A stretch of DNA of 64,000 nucleotides from Minutocellus sp. GHC0000111. Lineage: Eukaryota. Below are positions 36,620-46,749 of the stretch, in pieces. Below the pieces are notes generated by a model. The model was given only the letters and a program-made list of their open reading frames with translations. It had not been told where the DNA came from and did no database searches. The stretch lies in NCBI GenBank assembly GCA_977018835.1, contig OZ361256.1, positions 5,270,001-5,334,000 on the forward strand, written 5' to 3'. Position numbers and translations under genes: made by a program. Every line of letters starts with the position of its first letter. Within the stretch, counting starts at the first letter, position 1.

Positions 36620-39248
36620 ATGACGGAACCCCACCACGGCAACGCCAGCAGGAGCTCTGTGCCATCGGCAGCAGCAGCACCACCAAGTGCAGGACCACTG
36701 AGGCCCCGGCCAGCCGGCGTGTACCGATACCATCCCGCCCGACCGTACAATGGCTTCTCGACGTCAATTTGTTCGCTCTTCCAATACAGCCCGTCGGATG
36801 AAAATGCCGAGGATTCGACGTACCAAACGTCCACAACGAGGACCGATTGCTGCAGTCTGGCCTGTTTCGGTATCTTGCAGTCCGACCGAACTCGCTACCT
36901 GCTGACGGGCGAGCCCCCCCCCAGCCTGTTCCGGCGGATGTGGATCCACGTATTTGTCCCCCTCTCCATGTTCTTGCTGGCCGGATGCGCCGCCGTTACC
37001 ATACAGGATCAGTACAGCAATTCCTTGATCGTTACCTGCCTCGTTTTGCTTCTCATTATTTACATCGCCGCTGATTGCTTCCGTGGCACGGTGAAGCGAC
37101 GGAGGGTGCGAGAGGAGCTGCTTTGGAGGTTGAGAGAGCTGGACATGATCGATCAAGGTCGTGGAGAGGAGGCAATAGAGACAGAACTGATGGTCCGAGA
37201 GGCCGGTAGCCGTGAGGATGGTACCTACGGACTCGTCGACCTTGGACAGCCCAAGCATCACATGGACTGCGTCCATCGAATACTGGGTTGTGCCTGGGTA
37301 GACCATCCCAACGGCGATGGGAGCGGTGAACCAATTCCATCGGACTTTTGTGGCAAGCTGTGGAATTGCTTCGCCAACCTTTGTTGCGGGAAGGTGTGCC
37401 GGTGCTGGTTCCAATGGTGCGGATTGTGTGCCTTGGCCCAGGAAGCCAGGGAGGTGGAGCGGCTCATTCCCGCCGGGCGGAGGAGGCTGGACTACGTTAC
37501 CTTCGAACCGTACCTTTCGTACTACAATCCCATTCGAATGCTGCGGTCCGCGGGAAATTCCAACTTGCTCGCTCACTACGCCACTCTCTCGCACCTGTCA
37601 TCGACTCTTGTGAGGATGTTGGCGATTTCTGTGATGACAATGCTAGTTCTGAGCTTCATACCTCGTTTCGGCGGATTCACCAAGGGCGATCTCTGCGTGG
37701 TAAGTACACACTTTTAGGAGCATCACATGTAGCTGACGATATTTGATTTGATTTGATTTTTGGCAAGTTTACTCACCGGCATTGCTATTTCTCGCCAAAC
37801 TTCTGCGGTGTCGCCTCGCAAATGGATGGCTACAAATAAACGCGTAGCTCGTTGCGACTCTGTGCCAGGCATTTCTAATCCTTTGGCTCGTTCACTGGAA
37901 GTTTCATCGTTTCGACATTAGTCTCGATGCCGTGATTAAGTGCTTTGCCTGCGGATTTATTCTTGTTACCGGACTAGCGGTGTTCTTTGAACTGGTCGAG
38001 GCGATTTTTATCCACTTGTTGCTCGTCCTTGCCATCTCCCTTTCGGGTATTACCAAGGTTCAGAGCCAGGATTTTGGAGGTGGCATTCCAAGTTTTGGCA
38101 AGCTCGGAGATCGATTTATATCGAATAGTCTTAGTGGTGGTCACGGGCGTTTTCTTCAGGACCAGGCTGAGGACATGTTCAAAACGTTTGCGAAGGAATT
38201 CCCAATCATAACCTGCATTTATCTGTTCGTCAATGCATTCCTAATGGCAGCAATTGTAGAGGAGTTGGGCAAGGTGAGTAAAGCCAAGTATTGATTGATA
38301 TGATATTTCTTGCTAGCTTGATATCATGTAAATTACATCCTGCCATTTGATGCTGCCCTCGCTTTTGCGCTGATATACTATGTCCTGCCCTCGATTTTAG
38401 TACTTCGGATTCCGGATGGTTGAGCACCCTGATTTTCTTCGAGACGATCAGCTACAAGAGGGTGCAGAGGCTGTTGCGGCAGCCGAGAGGAGGGCTCAGC
38501 GTGAAGCGGCACTAGAGAAAAAAGAATCTGAATACGACGACGAAGAGGACAGTGAGGATGGCAATCCAGCAAGCCCCGGTAGAGACTGTGCAGCATATGA
38601 AGCCATGGGCGACACAATGGCTACCACTGTCGATGCTGCAGTAAATGCAGCAGCGGCTGCGGTGGGGGCCACTTCTCCGCGGGTCGAATCGAACCTCGAT
38701 CTAGCCCCTGCACCATCCAAGACTCTAAATGGGAGGGGAGCCGCTATTACGGTTGCAATGGTAGCCGTTGCCTTGGGTTTTGCCTGCTGCGAGAACTTGG
38801 TATATATTTTCATCTATAGTGGCTCGGACCTAGAAACAAAAATTGCAGTTTTGATTTTGAGGTCACTCTTTCCCATTCATCCTCTAGCGGCAGCAATTCA
38901 AAGCATTGGTGTGTGCCGACATGATATCGAAAAGGATCGGCGCTTTGGAGTTGGAAGATCCATCCTCCCGGCAGTGTTCCTGCACGGGTCCTTCGATCTG
39001 GCCATAATGATTGCCTCCTTCTTAGTGGCGGTCAACCCGGATGACGAAGACTTTGAAGAAAGGCAGAAATTGCCTCCTTGGCGACGTCCTTTGTAATATT
39101 TCTTCTTGGAGTGGTTTATTATCTGTTCCAAAGCCGGGCACAGAGGAAACGCTTGGACGAGTTGGATTGTGCAGCTGGGTCGAAGAAAGCTGGGTTGCTG
39201 CCCACAACAGCCACGGCGGGTGATGATGGTGACCATGCCCTTGTGTAA
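36620..39248 (+). CDS. Membrane protein with Cys-rich PLAC8-like N-terminal region and PrsW-family intramembrane metalloprotease domain
   Basis: GFSTSICSLF..DCCSLACF..CGLCALAQEAREV; PrsW motifs AIVEELGK|Y, GFACCENLVY, HPLAA and LHGSFD. Introns 37700-37847 and 38274-38400. Frameshift near 39062, then a TM tail SLATSFVIFLLGVVYY..SRAQRKRL ending TAA at 39248. Confidence 0.8.
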
Positions 39249-39558
39249 AATAGATCTATGTATACATGTTTTATGATGTAAGTTATATATTACAAGCTCG
39301 CGATCACCCTCGGCGAAACCGGTAGTGTCTGTAGCAGGGCAAGATAATGATGGAATGAAGGAATCAAGCGATAGATCGCCAAGAAAGATCTACTAAAGCT
39401 CTATCAGTAGATTGAAATAAATTAGACATTTACACATTACTGCTTGGGTACAAATAAAAATGGTGCATCCCTGGTCCATCATTATTTATTTGATTGACAT
39501 AACATTTCCGAAAACAAATGTAGGTTCTCTCTCTCTCATCTGCTGGGAGATGCCAACA

Positions 39559-40545
39559 TCACTTCGCAACGAAAGATCCCTGTCTGTATTTTAGGTTCCT
39601 CCCCGACGCGCAGCGATTGTCAAACATCAGATCACCCCGAGCCCGGGGAGAAATACGCACAATTTCGACAATATCATCATCCGGCTCTGTAGCCACAATA
39701 CATGTACTAGTAGCTGTGTTTGCAGGTGATGGCCGACTCGAACTGCCATTTTGTGCGGGTGGCTGCGCATTAGAGGGCGTTCTCTCTTGAGCCTCCCTCC
39801 ACATTCGCTCCTCTTCCTCCTTGCTACTCTTCCCTTTCACGACGCGATCGAACGTCTTACGGACCGATTCGATCGCCTCTTGTGCCGGCTCCAGGTGCAA
39901 CGTTGACGCCGTGGCACGTCGTTGCTTACTGGCAAGAGCTACACTCCTCTCGGAGGCGCGCACAGCGCTGCGGCTGATCCCCCAGTCATCCGTAAGGATC
40001 CATTCTCGTTCGCGCAGAGAAACGTACAATTCGTCTCGTTTCTTGGGCTCAGGGCTGCGTTTGGACTCGTACTCCTCCACGCTGATGGGCTCTCCCTCCT
40101 CGTTGTAGGCCCATCCAATGGCGAGAGGAACCCCAAAACAAATGGAGGGATTGTCGCCTGGTATGCGCTCGTACTTTCGTATCTGTACTTTGCCAAAGGA
40201 CACGGAAAGGTCTTCGTCCTGGTGCCCTTCGCCGGGAGATGGCTGCTTGGCAGCACCATCGCCTTTGCTCGTTACTTGTGCCCGCCGCCGCGATCGTGAC
40301 AGGCCCCGGTGGCTGAGAGAGTCGTCCAGACTGGTCACGGTCATGGAGCTCCGGAGACGCACTGATGGAGGAGGCACGGAATAGCCCCGCGGGGGGCGCC
40401 AGGAAGGTGCTGTGTGGTTCAGCGATTGCATCGACCTTGTGCTGTTGGACCGACCACGGCGACGAAAGCGCAACCGGCGGAAACCCCTCCGGCTTGTGCT
40501 GCCAGGGTCATTCTTCTCCTTGGGATTCTCCGACCGCCGGTCCAC
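39559..40545 (-). CDS. Protein with VxF..VxIR.Y....GDNP....G.P..IGW motif (CSRNP N-terminal-like, putative PP1-binding family)
   Basis: SVSFGKVQIRKYERIPGDNPSICFGVPLAIGWAY...ISVEEYE in an intact ORF. Confidence 0.65.
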   Translation of the reverse strand: MDRRSENPKEKNDPGSTSRRGFRRLRFRRRGRSNSTRSMQSLNHTAPSWRPPRGYSVPPPSVRLRSSMTVTSLDDSLSHRGLSRSRRRAQVTSKGDGAAKQPSPGEGHQDEDLSVSFGKVQIRKYERIPGDNPSICFGVPLAIGWAYNEEGEPISVEEYESKRSPEPKKRDELYVSLREREWILTDDWGISRSAVRASERSVALASKQRRATASTLHLEPAQEAIESVRKTFDRVVKGKSSKEEEERMWREAQERTPSNAQPPAQNGSSSRPSPANTATSTCIVATEPDDDIVEIVRISPRARGDLMFDNRCASGRNLKYRQGSFVAK

Positions 40546-40734
40546 TGAGGCTGACAGTATCGGCGCCTGGCGAACTCATCTCTTTGCCTCGGCGCCTTCA
40601 CTGTACTGGTCAATCGATGGTGTTCCGACTATTTGTACCAGTGGTGGGTGAGGTAAGGTGGCTGAAGTGCAGGCATTTGGGTGATGGTCTGCATGTCTTT
40701 CGGAAAGGGCGTGAAAATTCGTGGTTCGGCCTTC

Positions 40735-40844
40735 CGTAGCTGTGCGTGTCGCACCCTGCGTCATCAAAACACAGTTCAATGTTCTATTTCGTAGCTGTGC
40801 GTGTCGCACCCTGCGTCATCAAAACACAGTTAATGTTCTATTTT
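40735..40844. repeat. Near-perfect tandem duplication of a ~55-bp unit in a divergent intergenic region
   Basis: cgtagctgtgcgtgtcgcaccctgcgtcatcaaaacacagtt(c)aatgttctattt occurs twice (40735-40789 and 40790-40844). Confidence 0.95.
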
Positions 40845-41066
40845 CGTCAGTTTCGTCATTAGGAAAGAACCAAAAATGGCCTGATCTGCTCCGCTCCGCT
40901 CTTCTGCGTGGCGGCTGCTGCTGCTGCTGCTGCGGCGGCTCGCTCCGCGCCGCATGGAATGGTATCTAACGGCGTATCGGCCGGGTTGACCGCGGTCGTG
41001 CCGTTGGCTCAAATCACATGACTGCATTCCAAGCAGGCAGCACTTGCAACGGTGCAGTTTCGTATT

Positions 41067-42332
41067 ATGGCGGATAGTCACGCGGATGCATATCCCAATG
41101 GCGCAGGGGCGGCGCAGACGAAGACCAATAGCAAAGGCGAATGTTCCTCGATCCGCATCGATGTGGCACCGAATGTCCGGGCCTCTACGGTAGCAGCACC
41201 GGCGCAACCTCAAACGCCGCTGGTTGCCGACGACGAGTTCCCACTTCTCGGTGGAATTGAACACATTCGTTCATACTCTGGCATTTCAGATGCTTCCACA
41301 GCAAGTGTGAGGACGATCCCGGCTTTGCCCGGAATGCAAATCCGATGTCACGGCATTGATGCGAACGGGCTGATGTATGACTGTTCGTCTAAAGAGGCCC
41401 TGCGAGGGGCCAAGAGGGGAAAGGGGCATTTCTGGATAGATATCGACGCCGACGAGCGCGATGCCGACGAATTAAGAGCATGGCTCGGAGATTTGAATCT
41501 GCCTCTATTCTTCTTGTCTGTGATTGCCGAAAGATCTGAAACCTGGGCGACCCAAGTCGTTGCTTTCAAGAAGAGTGCGCTGACCGTGGTTCGATTTCTG
41601 CCCAAGAAGGAGAGTACCGATACAGAAACGCACTTGGCTGCTCTTAGCTTACCCAATCTACTCATGACGTTCACTTCGGCGCCGCGGAGCGAGGCTGGCG
41701 ATTTATACGCAACTCTGCACGACTACATGCACGGAGAAGAGCGTTTGCCGTCATCAACTGCCTCGGGAGTGCTTCTCGCTCTCTTATGATTTCATATCGA
41801 CCGAACATCACGATCTATGAGGAAGCTTCGAAAGCATGTGCTCAAGGTGGACGAGATCATGGATAGAAATGTTGCGCATGTGAGTATCGATGCAATCATC
41901 GATGCAAAGGACCAGCTATTGCGACTCCTGGCCTGCGCCGAGGAGCAGAATGAATGCCTTGTGGCACTGGAAAGAGCTGAATCAGATACCGAAGGGGTCA
42001 ACTTTACGAATCTAACGGGATCCCTTGGAGTACTCATTGCAACCACATCTGCCACGGAACGAATGGCTCTTCGATTGGAGAAGCAGATTGCCGACCTCCG
42101 CCAGAGATACGAGGGACACCAACAAGAGAAAATTAATCGACGCCTTGCTGTCCTCACCGTCATATCTGCCGTGTTCCTCCCTTTGACTCTATTCAGCGGG
42201 ATATGGGGAATGAACTTTTCATACATGCCCGAGCTCAACAATCCTTATGGGTATTTCCTGGCGCTTTTCCTAATGCTGTTCACAGCAAGCAGCATGATTT
42301 TCTATTTCTGGAGATCGGGTTGGTTTGATTGA
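41067..42332 (+). CDS. corA: CorA-family Mg2+/divalent cation transporter with an in-frame TGA at 41787-41789
   Basis: HFWIDI, LAVLTVISAVFLPLT, GIWGMNF and MPEL signature motifs. The two ORFs are in one frame, separated by a single TGA. Confidence 0.88.
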
Positions 42333-42604
42333 TAATGTGTCGGACATAAAGGGAACTGAGATGAGGTAAATAAAGCTACATCCATGGTAAGATGAGATCT
42401 AAATCTACTTCTCCATGTGCGGGCTAAAAGAATAGAGAAGGAATTCCTAACATGTATATACAATCATCAATTTTAGAGATCGTTACAAAATGCAGATTGA
42501 CTGGCCACCGGGTTCAACCAGAGAGAGGGCAGGCAACAAATGGCCGCCCAAAAGAAAATGGCAACAAGAGGCCCCACAGCTCTTCAGATCAGACCTGAAA
42601 TCTC

Positions 42605-43215
42605 TTAGAAACCCAATCCTCCCAGCCATTCCTTCACTTCTCGGACTCGATTACCATTGACTTCGATGGTTCCTCCAGCTCGGATGCGGATGTCATCATT
42701 CCTCGGATCCAGGCCGAGGACAGCTCGAAGCTCCGACAGGAAGGCATCCTGATCTCCCGCCACCTTGCGAATGATTGTGGTGTGCTTCGTTCCATGGACG
42801 CGGCAGTCGGAGTAAACGGGGAGGAATCCGGCCGCACCACCGACCTTCCCGGCCGTCCGGGGCACATGGAAGGGGTACTGTGGCATCTGGAAGTCCGCCC
42901 CGGGAGGAGACGACCAGCCATTGGGCAGCACGACCTCGGGCTCAAACACGGCGGGATATTTGCGTTCGGGGATGATCCCCGGCTTCTTCTCCATTCCCAA
43001 CCGATTGAAGACACGGGCCCGGGCGGGATGGTTCTTGAACAGGCGCTTCACTTGCGTCTGGGAGTGGCGCTGTCGAATTTGGACGGCTGTGATTTGCCGC
43101 GCTGGATGCGGCGCGCAAACATTGCTGGGCTCCTGATGCTGTGCGTTCGCCGATTCAAACCTCTGGCATGGGACTGGGCCCGTGCGAGCGGCGTCGAGAG
43201 GCGGTTGGCGAGCAT
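42605..43215 (-). CDS. MRPL49: Mitochondrial ribosomal protein mL49 (Img2/L49 family); apparent frameshift in the presequence
   Basis: YPFHVPRT..FLPVYSD..GTKHTTIIRKVAGD..VKEWLGGLGF C-terminus. The Arg-rich presequence from ATG 43215 is in a different frame. Confidence 0.8.
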
Positions 43216-43637
43216 GGTTCCGTGTGGTAGCAAATTATGCCAGAGACCAATCAAGCTCAACTGACGAAGGACAGACGAAAGTGAGAGTATAAATTAAATT
43301 TAGTTTCCATGATGCAATTATGAGGTCAAACGAACCATGACGTGTCACCTTCTTCGCTCATTTCTTCTTCACAGTTTCAACGCGGAAGAAGCCTGAACCG
43401 CTGAACCGAGCGGTCGTTCATTTGACTCGAAGCCTGTGGCATCGCGGAGGCATCGAATTCCAGTTCAGTACGTTCTGCAGTCTCTCAACCCTCTCCTTTA
43501 TCTGTGTCGATCGCCGATCGTAGAAATCTCACCGTCTGCCAAGCGGTTTCCACATCAACCAGCACATCTCAAAGAAGACATTCTCGGTACCAAAGAAGAA
43601 TTGAAGAATTGCGAATCATATTATTATTTCCAGTAAT

Positions 43638-44627
43638 ATGCTTTCACTCGCAAAAATGATGGCATCGACTCGACCACACCAAGATCAGGGAATGAAATGT
43701 GGGGGGCATAGAACGACGCAGAGCAGGTTGACCTTTTCCAGGAAGCGTCTTGTTGACGTTGGCCAAGAGACGATGAACATTGGTGAGAGAGGTTGGTACA
43801 TCAATCGCAGAGGGCGGAAGGTGGACATTTCTGAGGCCCTTGACAAGGCCAAGTCCGAATCAGAGCACTATCACTTTGATCATACCTTTGAGCCTCCTCC
43901 CAAGAAGCTTCTGGGATCATATACTACCAAGTTTACCATCGCCTACGGCAGTCCTCTCCAACTCGCCTCGAAGTTGCAGCAATACGTTGCCACGGACGGC
44001 GGTCAAGTTGCCGTCCTCAATTCGGCCTCGTCCAAGAATCCCGGAGGACGAGTCCTGAAGGGCACTCTGTCGCAAGAGGATCAAATCTGTCGTGCATCGC
44101 TGCTCTACCCCTGCCTCTTCCAATACTTTGGCGTGCGTGGCAAATACTACGACATCAACTTATCTCCTCCTTACAACGGAACGACATCGAGCGCTTGCGC
44201 CATCTTCTCACCGCGAGTTCCTGTCATCCGAGAAGATTCAGTGGAGTCCCCACTGCTCGATGATCCAGAATACATCTCCTTCGTTTCCATCCCAGCGACC
44301 AATGCCTTCACGCATGGTAAGCTCCCTGACGAGGATGCGTGTCCCGAGGAAGAATATGAGAAACGGAGAAAGATTCTCAAGGCCGATATGCGCGATCGCA
44401 TTTACCGGGCTTTATCCATCATGGCCAGTCACAACTGCACAGACATTGTTTTGAGTGCATTTGGATGCGGAGTCCATGGCAATGATCCGTACATGGTGAG
44501 CTCGATATTCAAGGAGCTCTTGGAGAAGGATTTTGGTGGAGTCTTTCACCGCGTAATTTTCGCCATCCAGCCCAGCCGGAGGACGAATTACCAGGCATTC
44601 ACAAAGCATTTTGGTGTGACCGAATAG
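43638..44627 (+). CDS. Bacterial-type PARG-like macrodomain protein (TIGR02452/DUF2263 family)
   Basis: VLNSASSKNPGG..G..SQEDQICRASLLY, AIFSPRVPVIR and IVLSAFGCGVHGNDP. Confidence 0.85.
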   Translation: MLSLAKMMASTRPHQDQGMKCGGHRTTQSRLTFSRKRLVDVGQETMNIGERGWYINRRGRKVDISEALDKAKSESEHYHFDHTFEPPPKKLLGSYTTKFTIAYGSPLQLASKLQQYVATDGGQVAVLNSASSKNPGGRVLKGTLSQEDQICRASLLYPCLFQYFGVRGKYYDINLSPPYNGTTSSACAIFSPRVPVIREDSVESPLLDDPEYISFVSIPATNAFTHGKLPDEDACPEEEYEKRRKILKADMRDRIYRALSIMASHNCTDIVLSAFGCGVHGNDPYMVSSIFKELLEKDFGGVFHRVIFAIQPSRRTNYQAFTKHFGVTE

Positions 44628-44906
44628 AGGCCCAGCAAGCACTACTTGAATTGCAATGCAACGTACATATCTTGCACAAAGAATCGCCCGTCGCCTCGAA
44701 AGTTGTATGTTTGTCGAAGCAATGGTGAACCCCTTCTTCTAGAGTCTAAAAAAATACATCAATATACAGCATCCGCACATACTAGCTAGTCTAGCTAGAT
44801 AGAGTAGGAAACAGAGGGAATCGTATCTTCTAAATTTTGCTTAGTCAGCTACTTCCTCAAAGATCATATTTGGTGGCTTGCACATAAACATATGCTGTCC
44901 TCCAAT

Positions 44907-46511
44907 TTACTTCCACAATCTTTGGAGAGAAACATTGGCATCACCCTCCTTCTTCATGACCTTGCTGCAGGCCATCTCAAAGTCTTCTTGAGTGACATGT
45001 ACCCGACGCTCTCGGAGGGCAAACATACCGGCCTCGGTACAGACGGCCTTACACTCGGCACCACTGGCATTGAGCATCTTCTCGGCGATGATCTTGAGGT
45101 CGATGCCGCGGACGAGATTCATCTTGCGGGAGTGGATCTGCATAATGGCCACACGGTTCTCCACGTTCGGGTTGGGGAACTCGATCTTGCGATCGATACG
45201 GCCAGGTCGGAGGAGGGCGGCGTCGAGGATATCTATACGGTTCGTGGCCATGATGACCTTGATCTGCTGCGACGGTTCGAAACCATCGAGCTGGTTGAGC
45301 AGCTCCAGCATGGTACGCTGGACCTCGGAATCTCCAGATCCGCCGCCACGGGCCTGGCCGATGGAGTCGATCTCGTCCATGAAGATGATGGAGGGGGCAG
45401 CCTCACGGGCCATGATGAACAGCTCACGGACCATGCGGGATCCCTCGCCGATGTATTTTTGCACAAGCTCAGCGCCGGACACACGGATGAAGGTACAGTC
45501 GGTGTGATGAGCGACGGCACGAGCGAGGAGGGTCTTACCGGTACCAGGCGGACCGTACAGGAGGACACCCTTGGGCTGAGCGACGCCGAGACTGTCGAAG
45601 AGCTCGGGATGCTTGATGGGGAGCTCGATGACCTCCTTGATCTCCATCACCTGCTTCTCGAGACCACCGATCATGTCGTAGGTGGAATCGGGCACGGCCT
45701 CGACCTTCATGAGACTGACGAGGGGATCGACCTTGGTCGGGAGGATCTTGTGCAGCGTGTAGGAATCGTTCCGCATGGCGACACGGGTGTTGGGCTTAAG
45801 GTCGTTGATGTCGATCCCCTTGTCGAGATCAACGACGTATTTGCCCTCGGGATTGATCTTGACCAAGACCTTCTTCTGACCCATCTGCTTGATGACCTCT
45901 CCGACGTACGAACCAGGCTCCTGCAAATGATACAGCTCCTCCCGAAGAATCCGGACCTTGGCATTCAGCTCATTCCGCCGGGCCTTGAGCCGCTGGAGAT
46001 CAGCAGTTCTCTCTTGTACAGTCTATTGGGTTGTGCGGTGGCGGGCGGATATAGGGAAACAATGCATAATGAGTGATTTGACAAATATCACAAACAATCC
46101 CAAGAGGCAAATTAAATATAATAAAATGAACGAGCAAGCACGTGTTGCTCGTATCGTGAGCTTAATGAACGACCACAACGCGTCCTCCCCCCAGGCAGAG
46201 AACAAGCACACAATCTCTACCAACGTATACATCTCGATAATATACAGTTCGTTGAGCGCGGAACCGACCAATCCCACCGCACACCGAAGGGTATCTCCGC
46301 ATCACCCTCCACAGCCAAAAATTGGAAGCGCTCCGAAGGTCAAGGAGAGACGCACAAAACATGTCCCACACAGCATCCCGCGCAAACCTTTCGCACGAAC
46401 GCAACTTACCGCACTGAGCTCTCCGATTTTCGACGCATAATACTTGGACATACCGGAGTCGGCATCGCCGGAAGCCGCCGCGGCGGATGGGGCAACAGCG
46501 GTGGTGGCCAT
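44907..46511 (-). CDS. RPT6: 26S proteasome AAA-ATPase subunit RPT6 (exons 46410-46511 and 44907-46022)
   Basis: [54 protein letters not shown] and C-terminal RLWK. GT-AG intron 46023-46409. Confidence 0.97.
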
Positions 46512-46749
46512 GGTGGCGTTGCTTTTGGTTTTATGACGATCTGCCAGGATAGGAGGGGGGATTCGCTCAGTGGGGGGCACCCCCGAAATGAATCTGAAGT
46601 TGGGTTGGTTGCAGAGTGCCTGATAATCAATCTTATTATTCATTTTATGAATAAATGGTTGTGTGGAAATGCAATATCGGTAGCAAGCTAAAAAAGAGTG
46701 GAGTAGAAAATATGCAGAAAATTTGTGGCCTCGCCGAGAGTGCAGCTTC

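Noticed and set aside
44892..46076. 394-aa plus-strand ORF
   Set aside because: Antisense shadow of the codon-biased RPT6 gene.
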